Of a DNA stretch of 53,331 bases, positions 9,277 to 19,571 are shown in pieces. The notes beneath the pieces were generated by a model. It had not been told where the DNA came from, searched no databases, and saw only the letters and a program-made list of their open reading frames with translations. Every line of letters starts with the position of its first letter. Position 1 is the stretch's first letter. This DNA comes from a virus. Its lineage: Duplodnaviria; Caudoviricetes. The stretch spans positions 1-53,331 of IMG/VR virus record IMGVR_UViG_3300022690_001247; one strand, 5' to 3'. Position numbers and translations under genes: made by a program.

Positions 9277-9791
9277 GTAAAACTTATTATTTTTTATTTT
9301 ATTGTATTATTGGGGGCAGGGATTTGGATTAGTTTGAGGATGTTGGGTTTAGGTGCTGTGAGACTAACAGAAGTGGCTAAATAAGGGCGAAATAATTGGG
9401 TAAGGGTACTTTGGCCGTCTAAAATAACTTGGCTTTAAATGGCTGTTTCCGTGTCGCTGGAGAAAGGTACTGGTTTTGTAAAAAGTGGTTTTGATGTATC
9501 GACCCGGAGGTCCTATTTTATCAAGAGCGCCGCCTTATTGGAAAATGTGAAATCTTACGAGCCCCTATTTTATCGACTGTTAAATAAATTTTGTATTAAA
9601 ATGTAGGTTTTTTACACTGCCTAAGGGTTGATAGTAGATGGTTATTTAAACATATCGTAGACTATAGATTTTTTTTTAATATATATATGTATAATGTAAT
9701 ATAGTACTGTAAGCTTAGAGGTCGTAATGAACCTTACGTGCGACATTGCAGCATCGCAAAAAAACTGCAAAAAAATAAATTATCTTTACAA

Positions 9792-9820
9792 TTGACAATT
9801 GGAGAAGAATAATGTAGATT
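9792..9820 (+). promoter_or_regulatory. Sigma70-type promoter for the terS operon
   Basis: TTGACA-17 nt-TAGATT, with A-tracts upstream. Confidence 0.65.
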
Positions 9821-9828
9821 AAAAATAT

Positions 9829-10536
9829 ATGATTAGAAAAAAATACACGCCTACTAAAGAAACGCTAAAACAGGCATGGGCATTGAGGGAAGCAGGATTG
9901 TCGATTTCAGAAATCCTAAAAGATTTGAAAATTACGAAAAGTCAATATAACAGCAAGAAATTAATGTTTAAAAATTTCTTCTCAAGAAAACGAGTTGAAT
10001 CTCAGAACGATTATCTGCTTAAAAATGTCTTACAGCCCGACAATTTAGCAAGACCGTTCAAAAAAAATAATTTAGGTAACGAAAAAAAACACGTTCGAGG
10101 AAAGCAAATGGAGCTTACAGATATGAATTTAACTGCCTTACGAGCTTACGTGCTTACAGGATGGACTAAGGATAAGATTGCTAAGGTCTTAGGGATTTCG
10201 ACACAAACCTTACGTAAGTATGCTAATACCTTTCCTATAATTAAGGAAATCCTCGATACTGAGCTAGAAAAGGCAACTTCTCAGGTTATTGAGTCCTTAC
10301 TTAAGGTCTCTAACGGTTACAGAGTTAAGGCTCGTTACTTTGCAGTGAATGACGGTAAGATTATAAGCGAAGAATATATGAAACATATTGGCCCCAGTGT
10401 AAGCGGCCAAAAATATTGGTTAACTAACACAGAACAATGGCGTAACGAGCCCAACGCTTCTTCGGTTAATAATAAAGGATCTATACTTAAGGCTTTGGAT
10501 CATATGAATTTAGATGAGGAAGTCGAAGATGAGTAA
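9829..10536 (+). CDS. terS: Terminase small subunit (two HTH-like domains)
   Basis: HTH (KIAKVLGISTQTL), then VIESLLKVSNGY...KHIGP....KYWLTN...WR as in phage TerS; upstream of terL. Confidence 0.75.
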   Translation: MIRKKYTPTKETLKQAWALREAGLSISEILKDLKITKSQYNSKKLMFKNFFSRKRVESQNDYLLKNVLQPDNLARPFKKNNLGNEKKHVRGKQMELTDMNLTALRAYVLTGWTKDKIAKVLGISTQTLRKYANTFPIIKEILDTELEKATSQVIESLLKVSNGYRVKARYFAVNDGKIISEEYMKHIGPSVSGQKYWLTNTEQWRNEPNASSVNNKGSILKALDHMNLDEEVEDE

Positions 10537-13404
10537 ACTTTTCACTAAGATGACTAGTATACATATTTGTAATATTTGTGATAGTAACTTAAGTACAGGT
10601 GAACACTCTAAGTATTGTCCTAATTTAGGTTACCCTTTAAAGTGTCGTAAATGTTATGCATATATGCCTTATACTTTACATTTTGTTGTTAACACAAGCA
10701 GGTATTCTTTCTTAACTATCATAGATGATGAAAGAGAGTCTTCATTTACCGTGATAGAAACAAACATTTGTAAAAAATGTGCTGAAACAACTACACAAGA
10801 AGAGCTAAGTAAAATTCTTAAGGATGACGAAGATGACTAAATGTTTAATTAAAATTAAAGATAAATACTTTGAGTGGTCCACTGTTAGTGATTCCCCTAT
10901 TACCTATGGAATGTCTAAAACTGAGCTTAGAGATCATATAAAAGAAGAATATGGGAATGATGGTATAGATGCCCTTCCTAAAAGGTTAAAAAGAATTTCA
11001 ATAAATGGTACGTCTGCTATTGGGGAGACATTATCTGAAACAACTTCTGTAAATAGAGCAGGAGAGTCCGAAACTTGTATCACTATACAACAGATCTATG
11101 ACAGATATAAAATTAAAAAAGAGGATGTATAGATGAAATTTGGATTTAGTAAAATTGTAAAACCAACAGGGCTAACTATTGAGGACCGGCTTGTTAGTGA
11201 GTCTATAGATAGCTTACACAAAAAAGAATCCGAAGTTTTCGAATCTGCTTTAAGGACAACAGCAGAACCGGTAATAAAAGGACCAATAACTAGATCGAAG
11301 ATAAAATGGAGAGGTATACGTATAATTAAGCAGTTCCCTTACTGTTGGCTTGAACAGAGAGGCAAAAGGATAAGTGAGAAAATAAACGGAGTTTTAGACT
11401 GTGGAATAGATTATGATACAAAGATACACAATTAAAGATGGAAAACTAACCGAGTCTGAAACCGGCGAGTTAGTATTACATAAGGATTATGGAGTTGTAA
11501 TGGAAATCGAAAGTCAGGATAAGGAAATTGAAGAGTTACATAAGGAAGTAGGTAAAGATGACTAAAAGTTTAGAAAAATATTTTTATCCTTACGATTCTA
11601 AAGATATAATAGTGCCGACAGAAGGTGATGTTAAGTTACATAAGGAATGGTTAAGCTGGAAAAAAGCTTTAAACAACTTAACTAAGGATGAAAAACGTAG
11701 GCTTATTAACTTAGGGTTACTATGCTAAAGAATATAATTAAATCAATACTTACTAAGCATTACGGTGTTTATGGTATGTTAAAACCACCATGTAACGGTT
11801 CCTTTTTCCAGCGTATGTGGTATAAGCTAACTAATAGCTTATATACATGGTCCGGTATACCTAAGCAATGGGAGGAATGGATAGGTGATTGGGAAGGTCC
11901 TATAATTACAAGGGAGTTTTTGGAAAGGAATGGTCTTTTAAAATCGTCTAGTATTTACTGGGAAGATGTTATGGATAAGACTCCAAGGCACGGTATTTAG
12001 TTATGATAAGAAAATTAATAAAAGCTTTAGGTTATAATATCAGGAATGATATAGATATGACTATAGTAAAAACAAAGGTTAAGAATCTTATTTACATATT
12101 ACTTAGATTACTTAGGTCAGTATAGTTATGACTAACGAAGAGATTAAACAAAAGTGTCTTGAATATGATAAGGAGAAAGGTACTTGGCCAGAAAGTGAAC
12201 ACGAAGGTATGAGTTTATATTATTATATAGTTACAGGTGAGATGGATCATAGTGACAGTTCTATGGAAAAGAAATGGGCAGATTGGGAAAAGGAATTAAA
12301 TGAAACCTAAAGACTTTACAGTAGACGTTAACTGTCCAGAGTGTAACTTTGAAATGTCTTTACCGTTTGAGTTTGTAAACACTGGTTGTAGTGTTACTAT
12401 AGATTATGTATATAACCCTTGGGGTTACTGTACCATTTGTAATGAAAAAGTTAATGTATTTATGAGTAAAGGTGGTATTAATGGATGAGAAGTGTGAAAC
12501 CTGTTATTACTTAGGTGAGGCTGAATATAACCCGGGTAGGGGAGCAATGGAGGCTAAGTGTTATAGATATCCAAAGGCACAGCCGGTACCTCCTGGTTAT
12601 GGTTGTGGTGAATGGAAGGACGGTAATAAGGAGAAACCTCACTTATGATTAAACGTACTCTTACACCTACTACAGCACATTATGATTTTGGGAAAGGTAT
12701 ATACGAAAATGAAAAGACTCCAGATAATCCAAGAGTTAATACTAGTCTTGTTGGTAAGGTAGAAAATGAACAATGGATAACTAGATTAAAGAAGTTGGAA
12801 GCTAACCAGCTTGAGATTTTAAAGATTTTAGAGAAGTATACACCGTATGCTAGGTTAATTATTGAGGATATGATAAGGAATATTAAATGAAAGATTTTGA
12901 TTTTAGTATAGGTAATAGAGTTAAGATACCTGACTTAGAAACAAACGGAGTGGTAATAAGTATCTGGATTACAGCTAAGGGAGTAAAGTATGAGGTTAGG
13001 TATTTCGCTAATTCAGAACCTAAAGAAGTTTATTTTTATTCAGAAGAACTTAAATTAATAGATTACTTATGACTAATGACCCACAGAAAATATTTAACTT
13101 TATTAAGGCTCATCCAATAGGGCCACATTTTAATCCTGTAAGAAGTGTGATAAATAACACTACTGATTTTATTGTAGAAATTGTATTTCCAGAGACTGAA
13201 CATAAACCTTTAAGTATATCATTCGATTGTAGTATAGATTCATTAGATTGGTGTGATTCTTTTTTTACTTTCTTAACTCTTAATTATGAAAGGATGTGTG
13301 GTACTAATGCTTAAATTAAAAGATTCTGAGTTAGGTTATAATTGGGAAATGTTAACTGAATTAGGCCACAATTCTGCTTTTAGAATTAACTTTACATTGA
13401 TATA
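10514..13404 (+). other. Cluster of about 14 small accessory ORFs between terS and terL (e.g. 10514-10840, 10833-11132, 11133-11435, 11413-11565, 11558-11728, 11722-12000, 12128-12310, 12300-12488, 12645-12890, 12887-13072, 13069-13314)
   Basis: Tightly overlapping starts and stops; several CxxC proteins. Confidence 0.65.
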
Positions 13405-14658
13405 ATGGAAGCAATAGTCGAAGAACCACTGCCCTTTAAACCTTTTAAGGAACAGAAGGATTCCTATAGGAAGGCTAAAGCCCGCCTCAATATATGGCAC
13501 GGACCAGTCAGGTCAGGTAAGACGGTCGGGTCTATTAATCCCTGGATTAAGTTCATAGGTACAGCACCTCCGGGGGTCCTCATAATGACCGGCAAGACCA
13601 ACGCCACATTATATCGTAACGTCATAAGAGTAATGGAGGGGTTCCTGGGTGATGAGATGTGGTACGGTATGAGTGAGGATAGCCGTTTAGTCAGGTTATG
13701 GGGTAGGGAGATATTCTGTTTTGGTGCTAACGATGAACGGGCAGAACAGAAGATTAGAGGTTTAACTGTTGCAGGGGCTTACGGTGATGAGGTTACTTTA
13801 TGGCCTGAGTCTTATTTCTCTATGATGTTATCTAGAATGTCAGTTCCAGGGGCTAAGGCTTTTTTAACTACAAACGCAGATCACCCTCAACACTGGTTAA
13901 AAGAACATTACTTAGATAGGATAGACGATTTAGACATGTTAGACTTTACCTGGCCTATCGATGCTAACACTACCTTAGACCCGGACTTCTTACGTAACAT
14001 TAAAAAGGAATATGTAGGTCTCTGGTATAGAAGGTTTATAATGGGTGAGTGGTGTATTGCAGAGGGTGCAGTGTACGATTTTTTTGATGAGAAGATACAT
14101 ACCGGTAGGAGGTTTCCTAATCCAGTGTATCACTTAGCTAGTATAGATTACGGTACTAACAACCCGTTTACATTCGGTTTATACGGTGTTAATAGGGACG
14201 CAGTACCTAAGATCTGGTTAATAGATGAGTATTATTGGGACTCTAAGAAGAAAGGTAGGCAGAAAACAGATAGTGAATATTCACAAGATATTAAGGAGTT
14301 CTTAGATAAGAAAAAAATAAAACCTCGTAAGATATATATAGATCCATCCGCAGCTAGTTTTGAGTTACAATTAAACCGGGATGGGTTTTACGGTGTTGTA
14401 CATGCTGATAATGATGTACTTCCAGGGATACGGACCATGTCTCAAATGCTAAAGAATGGTGAGTATATGTGGAACCGAAGATGTACCAATACAACTACCG
14501 AGGCTTACTCTTATTCATGGGATGAAAAGGCTAGTGCTAAGCTTGGTGAGGATAAGGTTATAAAGTTACATGACCATTGTATGGATAGAGATAGATACAT
14601 GTTACATAGTGAGTTCGGACAGGATCAATTGGATTACTCTAGGTTTAATAAGGTGTGA
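13405..14658 (+). CDS. terL: Terminase large subunit, PBSX family
   Basis: Walker A GPVRSGKT, GAYGDEV Walker B, IDYGTNNP, IDPSAASF, DHCMD nuclease motifs. Confidence 0.95.
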   Translation: MEAIVEEPLPFKPFKEQKDSYRKAKARLNIWHGPVRSGKTVGSINPWIKFIGTAPPGVLIMTGKTNATLYRNVIRVMEGFLGDEMWYGMSEDSRLVRLWGREIFCFGANDERAEQKIRGLTVAGAYGDEVTLWPESYFSMMLSRMSVPGAKAFLTTNADHPQHWLKEHYLDRIDDLDMLDFTWPIDANTTLDPDFLRNIKKEYVGLWYRRFIMGEWCIAEGAVYDFFDEKIHTGRRFPNPVYHLASIDYGTNNPFTFGLYGVNRDAVPKIWLIDEYYWDSKKKGRQKTDSEYSQDIKEFLDKKKIKPRKIYIDPSAASFELQLNRDGFYGVVHADNDVLPGIRTMSQMLKNGEYMWNRRCTNTTTEAYSYSWDEKASAKLGEDKVIKLHDHCMDRDRYMLHSEFGQDQLDYSRFNKV

Positions 14659-14660
14659 TT

Positions 14661-14837
14661 ATGGATAATCAACACAGAAAAATAAAAGGGTACCGGAAAT
14701 TAACCCAGGAAGAGTCTGTAGATGATCTTGCATGGGATTCAATGGTGATAAATTACGAAGAATGGAATTCTGTAAGTATTGATGATATACTAAAGAGTTA
14801 TTCAGATAAAAAAGATGTAGGTAACTATGAAAGATAA
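14661..14837 (+). CDS. Chimeric ORF with an Acb2 (anti-CBASS)-like N-terminus
   Basis: MDNQHRKIKGYRKLTQEE matches the Acb2 N-terminus as I recall it; the remainder is unrelated. Confidence 0.55.
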   Translation: MDNQHRKIKGYRKLTQEESVDDLAWDSMVINYEEWNSVSIDDILKSYSDKKDVGNYER

Positions 14838-16607
14838 ATTACCCAAAAATGATATATACCCTGTGCTTTTAAATACTTATGTAAATATAAAAGAGGTAGG
14901 TGAGGTAGAAAATATTAGATTTTTAAAGTTTGGACTTTTAAATAACAATACAGTAGCTATCATAAGAAGAGAAAATGGTGATATCGAACTTATTGATCCA
15001 AGAAAGTTAAATATGCACTGTTTCGAAGGTAGTTTTACAGAACAAGAGAGGTAATTATGTATAATAAATGTGGAGTTAATAATGAACCACCAACACCTAA
15101 CCAAGATATTAAGACAGTAGGTACCATGGTATATAAGAGTTTTTCTAATATACCATGTGTAGATTTTGAACCTGAGTTTACACAAGTAGGAGATTGTATA
15201 AACTTAGGTGGTATTTTATTTTTTGATAAAAAAACAAGAAAAGAATGGAATTTAAATAACCCCGGTAATTTATAGATGTAATTATGGAAGATAAAACATA
15301 CACAAGAGGATTTAATCCAGATGACATAGTGATAAAGGTAGGTAAGACTGTTCTGGATTGGAAAAATGAAACTTTATCTGAGGCAATGAATAGAGAGCTT
15401 AAAAGGATAGAGGATGAAGAGATAAAAAATGAATAACTTAGAGTTCGATATATTAAAAGTAATAGCTTTAAGGTACCCTTATTCCTATGAACAAATAAAG
15501 TTATTATATAATAGGTTACATTCGTATGATGAATTAATTTTTGCTATTGAATTAAGTATTGTAACTGCAATGGATTTAAACAGTGTTAAGGTTGGTGATA
15601 CAGAATCATGAAAAGACAACCTAGTACAGTTAAAAAGATACGTGAGGATTTACTTAGTGGGTTAAAATCACATGGATGTACCAAAATAAAGTTAAAAGAA
15701 GTGTTCATCTCAGATTTTGTGTATGAGATTAACTATGAAGCATTTCTTCCAGGAAAAATTCATCAAATAACAATACAAAACTCCTTAAAAAATAATGACT
15801 AAAATAAGACAACCTAGTAAATTAATACCGTTATCTGAAATACTGGATAAAGAGACGGTGGCATATAAAAAAGCCATTGAATCCATTAGGAAATGTGGTA
15901 AGACAATGCAGGATTTAAAGATACCTGCCGAAAAAGCTTCAAAAGCTTTAAATGATTATTACAATGCCGTTGGAAATAAGGATACTTATGACTAAAGAGA
16001 AGGGAAGACAAATAGTTACTGCAATGGAAAGAACAATGACTGAATTACGAGAACTTGGTGTAGACGTTCTTAAAGTAATATTTGATCCAACTCAGAATGA
16101 GAGTATACTTGATGACGGGTTAATGTTGACTGTAACATCAAGAGAAAACGGAAGAGTACATGACATGTATATAAGAGGAATTTCATATTAAAATTATTAT
16201 GACTAGAGAAAAAGGAAGATGTATAGTAGCAGCAATGTTTTATTTAAAAGAACTGTTAATAGAAGAAGGATATATGGATATGGAATTACAATACAGCCCC
16301 AAAAACAACATTGATGTATCTACTGGGTTTTTTAATATTGATGTTACAGGTGTTGATAAAACTATGGTTATAGCTTTGGTGATTGAAAATGATTAACTTA
16401 GTTTGTAAGGCAGTACTTGTAGTAGTATTCTTTTGGATTACGACTGTTATGGGTAATAGAGAATCGAATTTTAATGATTATTTATTTTTATTAGTATGCT
16501 CTCCTTTTTTATACTTACCTGCTGCATACTTATTATTCATGTCTTCCCAGAGTAACCAATTAAAACGTTTTGAATATGAACAAAATAAAATACAGGAAAT
16601 AAAATAA
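14827..16607 (+). other. Cluster of about 9 small ORFs between terL and portal (14827-15054, 15057-15275, 15284-15436, 15429-15611, 15608-15802, 15795-15995, 15988-16191, 16199-16396, 16383-16607)
   Basis: Overlapping start/stop packing; the last ORF has two TM segments. Confidence 0.65.
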
Positions 16608-18262
16608 TGCCAGTAAATAGAATAAAAAATACGATTGACTTACTACATGTTGGTTCGAATGGGTCAACTAATATACGTACTGATGGATGGTCTAATGTAT
16701 TCAGTAGACAAGGTATACAAGGTAAGGATAGGTATGTAGACGATACTTTTATAGCCGATAGATCCTTTACTGAAACTACATTAGATTCTATATATAGATC
16801 AGCAGGTTTTGGAAAAAGGATTATAGACTTACCTAATGAAGCCATGGTTCGGGATTGGTTTAGAGTAACCTCCGATACTGATGAAGATGTAAATGCCTAT
16901 CTAATGGGGATTAAGGCCAAACCTGCCATACTAACAGGTTTAAAATGGGCTGATATATTTGGAGGCTCTGTTGTACTTGTAGGTGCAGATGATGGAGCCC
17001 AGTTTTTAGAGGAGCCATTAAATGAAGATAATATACGGTCAATAGAATTTTTACGTCCATACGACAGATTTCAAGTTACCTGGAATACTGTAGATTTATT
17101 TACAGATCCTAAAGATCCTAGATTTGGAACACCTGAATTTTTCAAGATAACACCTAGCAGAATGACGGAGTTTAGAGTGCATGTATCTAGGTTGTTATTT
17201 TTTGAAGGTGAAGCAGTTTCCGATAGGCGGCGTGAAATAAACAATGGTTGGGGTGACTCAAAATACCAATCAACGTTTAGACAATTATCAGATTTAGGTG
17301 GTGTTCATCATGCGACTAGACAGATAGTAGAGGATTTTGTTCAGACTATTATACAAATTGATAATCTTCAAGATTTATTATTGAATGGTCAGGAACAGTT
17401 AATAAAAGATAGAATAAATCTTATGGATTTATCCAGACATGTACTAAACGCTGTTGTATTAGATACAAAGGAACAATATTCAAAACAAGCTTCATCTATT
17501 GCAGGGGTGAGTGATGTTATTAAAGATTTTGGAATGGCTCTAGCAGCGGTTACATCGATACCTTTTTCCTTATTGATGGGAAGAACCCCGGCTGGATTAA
17601 ATTCAGCAGGTGAAGGTGAAGAGGACCAGTGGTTTAACCATGTTAGTGATTTACAAGAGTCCAAACTACTAACACCGATGACACGACTGGTAGAGTTGGT
17701 CGAACTAACACAAGACGCTGAAGTACAATTAGAGGAGGGCTGGAAAATCGAGTTTAATCCATTGACTACACCAGATCCTAAAACAGTAGCTGAAACCAGA
17801 AAAATAATAGCTGACACTGACGCTGTATATGTATCTAATAATATATTACTACCTGAAGAAGTTAGAGAATCCAGATTCGGGGGTACGGATTTTTCTCCAG
17901 AGACTGCAATTGAAGCCGCGAACACTGCAAGGTTGTTAGAAGGTGAGGAAGCGCCAGAACCAGGTACTCAAAACGAGGATGCCTTTGTATTTTTACAAAC
18001 ATCAATAAAAAATAGACATGATCATATAGTGTTCGAACTAGATGAGGACGGCAATGGTGTAACTGATGTAGGTGGAGAAGATAACCATACCCATAGTGTT
18101 GTAGGAGGTATTATAGGGGTAGGTGGTACAGATTCACCTCATATACATATACTATTAGGATTTGAAAAACAGTTTTTTGAAAACGATAGTAGTCACCCAG
18201 TAAGGAGAAAAAAGAAAAAGAAAACCAGAAAAAGGAAAAGAATATTACCAAGATTACGATAA
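16607..18262 (+). CDS. Portal protein (DUF1073 family) with a His-rich and basic C-terminal extension
   Basis: DGWSN, RIIDLP..M.R.W, FGGS, VHVSRL, GWGDS, LMGRTPAGLNS, WKIEFNPL, PEEVR..RF. Confidence 0.92.
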   Translation: MPVNRIKNTIDLLHVGSNGSTNIRTDGWSNVFSRQGIQGKDRYVDDTFIADRSFTETTLDSIYRSAGFGKRIIDLPNEAMVRDWFRVTSDTDEDVNAYLMGIKAKPAILTGLKWADIFGGSVVLVGADDGAQFLEEPLNEDNIRSIEFLRPYDRFQVTWNTVDLFTDPKDPRFGTPEFFKITPSRMTEFRVHVSRLLFFEGEAVSDRRREINNGWGDSKYQSTFRQLSDLGGVHHATRQIVEDFVQTIIQIDNLQDLLLNGQEQLIKDRINLMDLSRHVLNAVVLDTKEQYSKQASSIAGVSDVIKDFGMALAAVTSIPFSLLMGRTPAGLNSAGEGEEDQWFNHVSDLQESKLLTPMTRLVELVELTQDAEVQLEEGWKIEFNPLTTPDPKTVAETRKIIADTDAVYVSNNILLPEEVRESRFGGTDFSPETAIEAANTARLLEGEEAPEPGTQNEDAFVFLQTSIKNRHDHIVFELDEDGNGVTDVGGEDNHTHSVVGGIIGVGGTDSPHIHILLGFEKQFFENDSSHPVRRKKKKKTRKRKRILPRLR

Positions 18263-18280
18263 CCAACGAAGGGATGAATT

Positions 18281-19033
18281 ATGAGTGAATATAGAGTTTA
18301 TTATGATGCCTATAAAATGGTACTTAAAGATTGGGAAAGTAAATCTGTTACTGATTTAGAACTTAAAACTAAACATTTACAATGGTGTGTTTCTGAATTA
18401 ACAAAAATGATTGAAGAAATACTACCTGAAATTGCACAAGTAAACAATATGAGTGAAGCTTATAAAGGTGTAATTGATAATCATAAGGGTATGATAGATG
18501 AATTGACTAAGAAAAATAAAGAGTACGAGTATATACATAAGATATCGAAGGCGGATATGATTGAAGGAAGTTTTGATCACTTAGTTAAAACAGTAAAAGA
18601 AAATGATGAACTAGCTATGAGACTAGGACAAGATTCTACTACACCTACATATAGGGCTAAAGAAATAAGTAAATACATTACTATGTTAAATAAAGAAATG
18701 AATCAACTATATAAGGAAAATACAAATTCAGGTAAAATTATTGATTCTCTTAGAAAAACCGCTGAAGAAAAAAGATTAATTATTAATGAGTATAAGGATA
18801 TACATAGAACACATGTTGGCCAGATTAATGATCTTAAAGAAGAAGTAGATCTTTTAGCCCAGCATGATAAAACTATAGAGTCTGAAGATTGGGAAAAAGA
18901 AAAAGCATTAATGTATATTGAGAATGAAAAATTAAAAACTGAAGTTTTAGTCTTAAAAAAAGGTGACCCAGAAACTGAAGTAACTTATTTAAGACGTATA
19001 GTGGAGAACGCTTCAAAATGTATAAAAGAGTAG
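18281..19033 (+). CDS. Coiled-coil hypothetical protein
   Basis: Heptad-rich E/K sequence; AAGGGA SD. Confidence 0.6.
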   Translation: MSEYRVYYDAYKMVLKDWESKSVTDLELKTKHLQWCVSELTKMIEEILPEIAQVNNMSEAYKGVIDNHKGMIDELTKKNKEYEYIHKISKADMIEGSFDHLVKTVKENDELAMRLGQDSTTPTYRAKEISKYITMLNKEMNQLYKENTNSGKIIDSLRKTAEEKRLIINEYKDIHRTHVGQINDLKEEVDLLAQHDKTIESEDWEKEKALMYIENEKLKTEVLVLKKGDPETEVTYLRRIVENASKCIKE

Positions 19034-19571
19034 AGGGCACTAACTTCGTTATCTGTATTACCCTTGCAACTTGTATAGGTCTTATAGTCGGCAGTTTTTG
19101 GATGTATTATGTATTGAATAAGGTATGCGGGTAATATGATGGTATCAAGAGTAACAACAAGAGATATAGATTATAACGAGTATAACTCTGACTTATATAC
19201 TTCAAAACAAGATGAATCTGACAGCATAGCTAGACATTATGAGAATGATTCACTAAAATTTACAGAAATTATTTCTATAATATCAGGTCTTATGTTACTA
19301 TTCTTTTTAGGTATATTTTTTACTGGTTTAATATGGATAAGTTATGTCAATAAATAAATTACATGTATCTAAGACACATCATGTTAGTGAGATCCATTGG
19401 GCTACTAGTGCTATACATATGGTATCATTAACTAGTGTTATTGAAACAACTGATGAGTTATGTTCAGGTGACGGATCATTATTTTTATCAATAGTGTTCA
19501 TGACATTAATAATTTTTAGGAATTTTTGTATTGGGTATGTTGTTATAGAGGCTCTACAATTATGTCAATAA
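19018..19571 (+). other. Three small TM proteins (19018-19134, 19136-19357, 19344-19571)
   Basis: Each has a hydrophobic helix; coupled starts and stops. Confidence 0.5.

Noticed and set aside
16607-18262. Portal-fused Acb1 (2H phosphoesterase)
   Set aside because: The C-terminal extension has HxH motifs, not the paired HxT/S motifs of 2H enzymes.
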